Assembly (NCBI GenBank): GCA_964035545.1
Contig: OZ037766.1
Span: 372,001 to 436,000, forward strand
Length of the DNA stretch: 64,000 bases
Reading direction: 5' to 3'
Source: Bugula neritina
Lineage: Eukaryota; Animalia; Bryozoa
The position numbers and the translations under genes were made by a program. This document shows positions 1 to 9,200 of this stretch, in pieces. Position 1 is the stretch's first letter. Each line of letters starts with the position of its first letter. The notes beneath the pieces were generated by a model, which saw only the letters and a program-made list of their open reading frames with translations, did not search any database and was not told where the DNA came from.

Positions 1-16
1 TAGGGTCAGGGGCGAG

Positions 17-3000
17 ATGGAATCATACGAAGGGGAATACGGCACCCTAGCTGACGGGTCGTGCCTTCCCTTCTATGGTATAATTGAGCTGACGGGGCGA
101 GTCCGTGATCAAACGATCCAAGAGACGTTCATCGTCAGTCAGCTCAAGGAGGACGCCATCCTCGGGATGCCATTCCTAAAACGGCACGGATGTCACATGG
201 ATTTTAGCAAATCTGCGATGATGATGTCCGGGCGAGAACTCGCCTGCGTCGACAAGTTCGGCCGCCCTTTAGTGGGAGGTGTGCAAGTGGTACGCAACCG
301 TACCATACCAGGCCGCTCCCGGGCTACCATTCACTGCAGGGTGAACAATAGCCGGATCTCTGGACTCGGGGTAGTTGAAGGCGCGCACGAAAAGATCCAA
401 CTTGCCAGCAGTCTGAATCAGCTGACTGAGCAAGGGGAGATCTTAGTGCAGTGCGTCAACCCCTTTACCGAGTCTGTCAAGCTTCCGGCTGGGTCGATGC
501 TGGGCCGTTTTCACTCTGTTCAGGAGGAAGACATAGGCCCGTCGCTGGGTAATGCGACAGAGGCACGTCCTCAGTGCCCTACTCAAGGGCGAGGGGCAGT
601 CCCAGCACATCTCCGGGAGTTGTATGACACAGCCTGTAGCGGCTGCGCGAGTAACAAAGAATGCCAAGTTATGGCGAAGTCACTACGCAACTACGGTGAT
701 GTGTTCAGCAGCGGAGAGCATGACATGGGACTGACTGGAATTGTCAGACACGAAATACCGCTGACTGCAGGGACAGTCCCTGTCCGGCAGCCCACACGCA
801 GGCTGGGGCCGGAGAAAGAGAAGGAGGTTAGCCGACAAGTACGGGATCTTCTGGACCGGGGACTGATAGAGCCCGCCCATAGTGCGTGGAGCTCGCCAGT
901 CGTACTGGTCCGGAAGAAAGACGGCAGTTGGCGGTTCTGTGTGGATTACCGCAAGCTCAATAGCGTAACCATACAGGACGCCTACCCTCTACCTCGTATT
1001 GACGAGTCATTGGACGCCCTAGCTGGCAGCAAGTACTTCAGTACGTTAGACTTGCTAAGCGGCTATTGGCAAGTTCCTCTGAGTCCCGACGCCCAGGAGA
1101 AAGCGGCGTTTATCACACGGGACGGTTTGTGGAAGTGGAAGGTGCTGCCTTTCGGGTTGACCTCCGCCCCAGCCACCTTCCAGAGGCTGATGGAGCAAGT
1201 CCTCAGCGGGCTCTATTGGAAGACACTGCTGATCTACCTCGATGATGTCATCGTGATCTCCCCAGACTTCGAGGCGCATGTCAGTCGTCTGCAGGAGGTC
1301 TTTGAGAGACTCCGAGGTGCCGGTCTTAAGCTCAAACCTTCTAAGTGCGCTCTATTGCAGCCAGAGGTTAAGTACCTGGGGCACGTTGTCGGTCGAAACG
1401 GCGTGGCAACGGATCCCGAGAAGGTACGGGCAATAGAAGACTGGGTCACCCCCCAAGATTTGACTGGACTCCGGGCTTTCTTGGGGCTGGTAGGGTATTA
1501 CAGGCAATACATACCAGACTTTGCGGGCATAGCACAGCCGTTAAACCGGCTCACCGCAAAGGGAGTGACGTGGCAGTGGACCCCAGTCGAACAAGGAGCG
1601 TTCGACCGCCTCAAGGGCTGCCTACTAACGGCGCCCATCTTGGCCTACCCAGACCCCACTCTGGAGTACATCCTCGACACTGACGCCAGTGACCAAAATG
1701 TTGGCGCTGTGCTTTCACAAGTGCAGGAAGGCCGAGAGGTAGTAGTAGCCTACTACAGCAAGTCTCTCTCACCCACTGAACGGAACTACTGCACTACCCG
1801 CAAGGAGCTGCTGGCAGTAATCAAGTCAGTGAAGCACTTCAGACCATACCTATATGGCAGGAAGTTCCGGCTGCGTACGGATCATGCCTCGCTGATCTGG
1901 TTGTGCAAGAGAGCAGAGCCCTCTAGTCAGGTCGCCCGGTGGCTCGAAATCCTAGCTGAATTCTCATACCGGATCGAACATCGACCGGGCAAGAGACACA
2001 GCAATGCGGATGGGTTGAGTCGCCGACCTGACAGAGGTTGCAAACAGTGTCTCAACATCGAGAGGAGAGATGGAGGTCCCCCGCGATGCGAGTTGGAGAC
2101 GCTGGCTCACCACGGAGCACCGTTTGACTGGGACCAGGGTCAACTCAGGCAGGGAGTTGACGAGTCCCCGGAGGATGTACAAAACCTCCGCGCCAACCCT
2201 GTACTGGCCGGTAATGTTCGAGAGCTGAAGAAGCTCCAAGAAGAGCTGCCTGGAGTCGTGGCAGACATATATCGGGCCAAAAGGGAAGGGCGACGACCCA
2301 GCGAGGAACGCATACGACAGGGATGCGCCGAGTTCCGGCTATACTGTCAGCGTTGGGACTCGCTGCGGATCGGGCAGGATGGGTTACTAACCATCTCTCT
2401 AGCCGCCAGTGGCAGACACCCGGAGAGGAAGAGGGTAGTCTGCCCCACGGCCATCCGCCGTGAGTTGATTTGGGATACTCACAAACAGGCCCACGCAGGG
2501 GTCAAGAGAGTGATATCCAAATTACGACTCCGGTGGTATTGGCCTCAAATGGAGCGTGACGTCCGACTCAGAGTCAAACAGTGTGAGATTTGCCAGGCCA
2601 GTAAGCATAGCCGCCCCCTTGGTGAAGCAGGACGGCGGAGGCTATATGCTGGTAGGCCCTGGCAAGTAGTCGCTGTAGACCTGGTCGGACCCCTGCCCCT
2701 GACCCCCAGAGGCAATAATTGGATCCTAGTACTAACCGACCACTTTACTAGGTGGGCGGATGCTCTGGCTATCCCAGACGCGCCAGCTGAAACTTTTTCA
2801 GATTACACTCGACCCGCAACAACCAGGGTACGGGATAGAGCACTTCCCGCTCCGCATCCGGAGGAGTATGCTAGTGGTGACCGGCCCGAGCCACTGCGCC
2901 GCCGTTGGCGGTGGGTGTCTCCAGAAACAGAGGAAGAAATAGAAACGGCCTGGGGGTCCAGAGGACGGACGAGATGCCAGATTTGTGGCGAAGAATGTGC

Positions 3001-3583
3001 CTCTCACCGCTCCTTGAAGCTACACGTCAACGCCCATCTCTTACTAACATTCTGCCCCTGCGGATACAATGATGTCTACCCCTACCCCGTCACCAGACAT
3101 CGAGCGGCGGGCTGTTTCCCTGGAGAGAACTACGTGGTCGACGCTAAGCTCTACCCGGAATTCCTCACCCTGATACGACCCCTAGTAAAGAAGGCAATGC
3201 TGTTAGCCGTCCTGACCTCGGGTTTCCAACGTGTACTAGACAATGCCAGGCAGCAATCCCCATTAGTATCTGACCGTCCTCAGATTACGTACACCCCCGA
3301 AGAGTTTGCCTACCCAGAAGAAGGAGAGATCTCCCCTATCCCGACGAAGAGACGAACCAGGTCTCCCAGTCCCCCTTTACGCCGCAGACGGACACCGTCC
3401 CCAGACCCAGTTCGCCTGGCCACAGTAGAGGAACGCCTCCTCCGACTACAAGAAGAATTCACCCAGTTGGCACCGGATCTACTTAATACTACAACAGGGC
3501 TCTTCCAACTAAAAGGATCCGTATGCCGGATGAAACGGAAACTGCGTACATGCCAAGCCAAGCACCGGCGTGCACAACAATGA
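17..3583 (+). CDS. pol: Pol (PR C-term, RT, RNase H, truncated integrase) fused in frame by deletion to the ORF3 zinc-finger protein
   Basis: 1188-aa ORF. It matches copy-2 pol up to ...WADALAIPDA, then switches at about 2787 to ETFSDYTRP..., which is ORF3 of copy 2 (41067 onward). Confidence 0.9.
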   Translation: MESYEGEYGTLADGSCLPFYGIIELTGRVRDQTIQETFIVSQLKEDAILGMPFLKRHGCHMDFSKSAMMMSGRELACVDKFGRPLVGGVQVVRNRTIPGRSRATIHCRVNNSRISGLGVVEGAHEKIQLASSLNQLTEQGEILVQCVNPFTESVKLPAGSMLGRFHSVQEEDIGPSLGNATEARPQCPTQGRGAVPAHLRELYDTACSGCASNKECQVMAKSLRNYGDVFSSGEHDMGLTGIVRHEIPLTAGTVPVRQPTRRLGPEKEKEVSRQVRDLLDRGLIEPAHSAWSSPVVLVRKKDGSWRFCVDYRKLNSVTIQDAYPLPRIDESLDALAGSKYFSTLDLLSGYWQVPLSPDAQEKAAFITRDGLWKWKVLPFGLTSAPATFQRLMEQVLSGLYWKTLLIYLDDVIVISPDFEAHVSRLQEVFERLRGAGLKLKPSKCALLQPEVKYLGHVVGRNGVATDPEKVRAIEDWVTPQDLTGLRAFLGLVGYYRQYIPDFAGIAQPLNRLTAKGVTWQWTPVEQGAFDRLKGCLLTAPILAYPDPTLEYILDTDASDQNVGAVLSQVQEGREVVVAYYSKSLSPTERNYCTTRKELLAVIKSVKHFRPYLYGRKFRLRTDHASLIWLCKRAEPSSQVARWLEILAEFSYRIEHRPGKRHSNADGLSRRPDRGCKQCLNIERRDGGPPRCELETLAHHGAPFDWDQGQLRQGVDESPEDVQNLRANPVLAGNVRELKKLQEELPGVVADIYRAKREGRRPSEERIRQGCAEFRLYCQRWDSLRIGQDGLLTISLAASGRHPERKRVVCPTAIRRELIWDTHKQAHAGVKRVISKLRLRWYWPQMERDVRLRVKQCEICQASKHSRPLGEAGRRRLYAGRPWQVVAVDLVGPLPLTPRGNNWILVLTDHFTRWADALAIPDAPAETFSDYTRPATTRVRDRALPAPHPEEYASGDRPEPLRRRWRWVSPETEEEIETAWGSRGRTRCQICGEECASHRSLKLHVNAHLLLTFCPCGYNDVYPYPVTRHRAAGCFPGENYVVDAKLYPEFLTLIRPLVKKAMLLAVLTSGFQRVLDNARQQSPLVSDRPQITYTPEEFAYPEEGEISPIPTKRRTRSPSPPLRRRRTPSPDPVRLATVEERLLRLQEEFTQLAPDLLNTTTGLFQLKGSVCRMKRKLRTCQAKHRRAQQ

Positions 3584-3871
3584 CTCTGGTTCTGCTACCC
3601 GGAATAATCCGCAACCTCGTCCTCCTGGGGGAAACCAGGATATCGTGTAAATGCTTGACTGCTCGACAGGCCTATTCCTTGTCTAATACCACAGCTAGCC
3701 GGTATTCCTCCTCTATAGCTGGTCAATTGTATGTAACTGGCTGTTATAATGACTCTGTCTGTTATTACGTATCTTTATCTGTGTTATGTATTATTTTGGT
3801 CTACTGATGTATGTGGTTAGTAATGAACGTTTTTTTATATCAGAAAGAGGGCTTTCTGCTGGTGGGGGCGG

Positions 3872-4178
3872 TGTGGTGGCTCGTGGAGCTACCAGCAGCA
3901 CAACATGTGGGGTCGCGTAATTGACCCGGAACAATTGATAGCCAATTAGCGTGTTTAATAGTTAGCAGCAAGTATAGTTTCCCCGCTGCTAACTCAGTCG
4001 AAGTTAGAGTGCTGAATAGACTAGATGTGTAACTTGTCAGATGTATTTGTATCGTTTTTGTAATGTATTGTTGTGTGTAAAATATATACTCGTTCACTCG
4101 ACTTAACCTGGTGTAGTTCTATCGAAGTAATTAGACTCTCTGGATAGCATATCAACCCTAAATCTGAAAATCATAACA
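3872..4178 (+). repeat. 3' LTR of Gypsy family A copy 1
   Basis: Starts TGTGGTGG directly after the PPT and ends ...ATAACA; similar to 35011-35314; followed by GTAT. Confidence 0.93.
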
Positions 4179-4653
4179 GTATTAAAATGAGAGACAGATG
4201 GAATTGTGGGATACATTTAACTGTAGTATCTAAAGCTAGCTAATTACTAGTAATTGTTAATTTTTGTTGTTAATTCTTACCAGCTGTTTTGTTACAAAAG
4301 TTGAATAAATTGTTACAAATTAATACAACCATCTCATTCACATCTAAATTCTTTTTGATATAAGCAGCTAGAAGTAGTTCTATAAAGCAATCATTATTTA
4401 TCAATCAGCTGTATCATTCTAGCTACTCAGACTGAGCTATTTGAGCATTCTAACTAAACTATTTAAATAACCAGTTGAGAGTGAAAGTTACTTAACGATA
4501 ATCATCACATGCATATTTAATATATTCATAAAACATAAAATCATAGATAAAGTTTTTGGTATAAAAACACAAAATATGGAATAATTCTTTTATAAACAAA
4601 TAGAAATATTAGCATTGAGTATGTAAAAATCAGCATATATGATTAAACACACA

Positions 4654-4747
4654 AGTCAGCAGGTGAGTGAAGGTATAAGCCAGCAGGTGAGTGAAGGTGT
4701 GAGTCAGCAGGTGAGTGAAGGTATAAGTTAGCAGGTGAGTGAAGGTA
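4654..4747. repeat. 24-bp minisatellite (GTCAGCAGGTGAGTGAAGGTATAA-like), about 4 units
   Basis: Direct tandem copies are visible. Confidence 0.85.
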
Positions 4748-5173
4748 CACATCCTCATTGGCAGCCAGTGTACTTCCTACAGATACTGATCCACGTCCTG
4801 GCAGCATGTTTTATCTGTAGTCTCTGTAGAACTGAATGCTGGGCTATAACCTGATCTGATAGGTCCTTATTGTGTATGCTCATGAAATCTGTCAACTATG
4901 TAGATAGGAACTGATAACTAGCTGCCACCCTAAATCTCAACTTAGTTGCTTCCAATAGCAGAACTGCAGGTTCACAGGTTTCAGGCAGGCTGTGGCCGTA
5001 GCAGCAGGCTGTGGCCGTAACAGCAGGCTGTGGCCGTAGCAGCAGGCTGAGAGTTTCTTTCTGCACCATTTTGTGCTTAACAAATACTCTCAAAAACTCA
5101 TTTAGGCGCCAGCCTCTATCCCTTGAGGACACCTAATGAGAAGAGCAGGACTAAAGACGGTGATAAAAAAGAT

Positions 5174-5175
<2 letters not shown>

Positions 5176-5247
<72 letters not shown>
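5176..5247. repeat. (TA)n microsatellite
   Basis: Pure TA run. Confidence 0.98.
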
Positions 5248-5249
<2 letters not shown>

Positions 5250-6236
5250 TTATACTGCACTATCACTAACAGTAAGCACACACTGTAGGATTAGCAGCCA
5301 CCCATTCTCCATCTAACAGATGAGTCCAGCCAGTGTGATTGTGTCTTCAGGCTGATTTGCCTGTACAAACCTCACTAATTGGAAACTGCTGACACAGCAA
5401 TGTCCTGGCATTCAATAAGGGGGGGGGGGTGATTTACAAGGGTAAACAGAATTCATGTAACCCTTAAGTGCCGTTTCTTCTGAATTATTCCATGAGCTTT
5501 AAAACTAGAAAAAAGTGCACGAGTGCTGTTATATAATAATAAATGTAACCCAACACTATGTATATCAAGTACTTTTACAGCTGTTTAACACAGAGAGCTA
5601 TTAGATGACAACAGCTCTGTATGTACCGGGATTTCCTTTTTACTAAGATTTTATTCCACAAAATTCCAGGAGCTGAAAAGCTATGACAAGGGTCAAGATG
5701 TCAACATATATAATAATAAATGTAATACAACACTATGTCCATAGAAGGCATTAAGTTTCAAATTACCAGATATTTTAGTAATGAAGGAATCACTAGGTTG
5801 TTTATCAAGAGAAGATAACTAAATTTGATGAGTTACAAAGTTTCATATGTGTTTATTACTTTCATACATTATTGCTTTGAACATGTTTACATTCTACTGT
5901 TAATAAAGTGGGTAGTTGTCTTGCCATGAATCTCTTGAAAGGAAGTTTACTAAATACCCAGAATGCAACAGATGTGTTACACAAAGTCATAGCAACCAAT
6001 CATAACAACTCTAGAATACAGCTGCATGTAGAATAGACACATAAAAGCTACCAACTAAACCAACTGCCTACACAAGGAACAGGAAGTAACTTACACAACC
6101 AATTAATGGATCTGTCAAACATTAATACAGTTTATCAGCCAATAAAATCAAATAGTAAAACTCAGAGCTTCAGAAAGAAGGAGGAGCTGAGAGAAAGTAT
6201 AAACAGAAGTCAGTGTGTCTTGAAGTTAATAAGGAG

Positions 6237-9200
6237 TTACTCCCACTTGACAATCTGTCTCTTGGACACATGTTGACCTCTGATCTCTGTGTTTGGAGGT
6301 AAGACAGCGAGGTAGTAGGGTGTGTCAGCACCTACAGTATAACACAGAATATGAGCTGTAAGACAGCGAGGTAGTAAGGTGTGTCAGCACCTACAGTATA
6401 ACACAGAATATGAGCTGTAAGACAGCGAGGTAGTAGGGTGTGTCAGCACCTACAGTATAACACAGAATATGAGCTGTAAGACAGCGAGGTAGTAGGGTGT
6501 GTCAGCACCTACAGTATAACACAGAATATGAGTTGTAAGACAGCGAGGTAGTAGGGTGTGTCAGCACCTACAGTATAACGCAGAATATGAGCTGTAAGAC
6601 AGCGAGGTAGTAGGGTGTGTCAGCACCTACAGTATAACACAGAATATGAGCTGTAAGACAGCGAGGTAGTAGGGTGTGTCAGCACCTACAGTATAACACA
6701 GAATATGAGCTGTAAGACAGCGAGGTAGTAAGGTGTGTCAGCACCTACAGTATAACACAGAATATGAGCTGTAAGACAGCGAGGTAGTAAGGTGTGTCAG
6801 CACCTACAGTATAACACAGAATATGAGCTGTAAGACAGCGAGGTAGTAAGGTGTGTCAGCACCTACAGTATAACACAGAATATGAGCTGTAAGACAGCGA
6901 GGTAGTAAGGTGTGTCAGCACCTACAGTATAACACAGAATATGAGTTGTATTTTGGAGTTGTCATATTACTAGTATATATAGTTTACACTACAATGTCTC
7001 TCACTATATACTACATACCTTCATCTGTAGTCAGATTTCCTTTGTAACTGCTCATACTGGTCATTACATATCCTGGGCAGGCCTAAAATAGTATATAATA
7101 AATTATCTATATTATACATAATCACAATGGAAACACAACTCCTATTATCACTAAAATGAAAATATAAACTACAACTTACACTGTTAACTATAATATATCT
7201 GTATAATATACTTAGACTGTCCACTATAATATATCATATACTTACACTATAATATATCATATACTTACACCACAATATATCATATACTTACACTATAATA
7301 TATCATATACTTACACTATAATATATCATATACTTACACTATAATATATCATATACTTACACTATAATATATCATATACTTACACTATAATATATCATAT
7401 ACTTACACTATAATATATCATATACTTACACCACAATATATCATATACTTACAGCATTCACGACAATGTCCCTCTCGGACACAGAGTTAAACTCCTGCTG
7501 ATAGGCTCTGGCTAGGAGAGTATCTCCCAGTTTAGAGACTGAATAGGCAGCGTCATCAGGCCAACCTTTCTCAGCAAAATCTCCAGCCTTCACGGCTCTA
7601 CAAGACATGAGAGAGAATATTGTGTAAGAGAATGAAACTCTTATATTCAGAATGATTGGAGGTCTGTACCTCTCCAAAAATATGTATTCTACGTGTCGAG
7701 TGAAGCAATACAAACATCCCAGTTGACATCCCCTCTCCTCTTGTTACATCCACCTCATCCTACGCGACGCTACATCCATCTTTTCCCTCCCCACTTTACA
7801 TCCGCCCCCTACTTCCCTGAGCTACATCCACTCCCTCCCTTTCTATGTTACTATTACCAGTTTAAAATCTCAGCTCAACGCCAGCATATCTGGTCAATCC
7901 TTATTATGTCATACTTTTGGCCTTGAAAAGTTGCCTCCTCCTATGTCAGTGAGATACGGTAGATTTGGTTCTGTACATGTATTTAGGTCATCAGTCTATT
8001 AATAAGTTGCTTCATCAAATGAATATAGCAGCACACTTGTGTCTTTCTTTGTTTGATTGAGTAAAACTATTTGGTTGAGCAAATTTATAAAATTGATAAC
8101 TTCTTAAAATAATTTTTATAAACCTGGACCAGTCAAAGCCCTAAATTACCCAGTCAAGTTTCTAGCGTGTACAACAGCATCCAAATAACTTTTTAAAACC
8201 CAATTATTTAATAGAACGGAGAGTATATGCTAGTAGAATGGAGAGTATATACTAGTAGAATGGAGAGCATATGCTAGTAGAATGGAGAGTATATGTTAGT
8301 AAAATGGAGAGTATATGTTAGTAGAATGGAGAGTATATGTTAGTAGAATGGAGAGTATATGTTAGTAGAACGGAGAGTATATGTTAGTAGAATGGAGAGT
8401 ATATGTTAGTAGAATGGAGAGTATCTGCTAGTAGAATGGAGAGTATATGTTAGTAGAATGAATCCAATGAATAAGCAGATGGTTGACTGACTGAATGAAC
8501 CCAAGGGAGAAGTTTAGTCTACCAGATCCATTTGATGATCTTGTCAGGAAAAGATATGATAATGGCACACAGAGACTGCCATCTTAATAAACACTCACGA
8601 GACGAAGTCAGTCATTGCCTGAAGGACTTGAGTCCTGGTCAGGGGAGGATCATTCTCGATAAATGAAGCGTATCTCTCGGGGTTCAACTTCTTAACCTTA
8701 TGAAGGGCCATGGGAGCCAGCATGCCGGAGAGAACCACAACTCTAAAACCAATCAGCAAATCAGCTGATGACCAATTAACTATAATAGTTCAATATTCAG
8801 GTGGACTTATTAGCTAGAAGGTGGAGGAAAACATTAAATAAAATACTTTATTACAGAACTGGATGTTTCAGAGTGAAAATCATACAAACTTCCAACTTGA
8901 TAATGAAACAATATCCTAGAGAAGACAACTTCTTAACATGTACAAATGTCAGGGTAAAGCAGAGTACACAGTTTATAGAAAGGCATACAGTGTGTATACT
9001 TGGTCTTAGTTACAGAAAACCATTAACTATTAAAGTAAAGTTAAGTATAAACCCAGGAATGCTGCCAAAAACCAACATGTGTTAGAACACTGACCTTGCT
9101 CTGTCCTTGAGAATAGGAAATAGAGTGTCACACACCATATTAGTACCAAACACATTTGTAGCCAGAGTAACCTCAGCTTTCACAGCGTATGGGTCGGTGG

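Larger units (their letters stand above)
1..4178 (+). mobile_element. Ty3/Gypsy LTR retrotransposon, family A copy 1 (5' end outside the window; internal deletion of about 1.6 kb)
   Basis: Pol domain order is PR-RT(YLDD)-RNaseH(DAS...ADGLSR)-integrase N-terminus. PPT GGTGGGGGCGG at 3861-3871 and a TG...CA 3' LTR at 3872-4178, homologous to the LTRs at 35011 and 42149. Confidence 0.96.

Noticed and set aside
4750-5400. Possible exons of another gene
   Set aside because: Slightly GC-richer with splice-like sites, but no recognisable protein or consistent frame could be built.
6299-6947. CRISPR-like regular repeats
   Set aside because: Units are head-to-tail with no unique spacers, there are no cas genes, and the context is a eukaryotic intron/exon.
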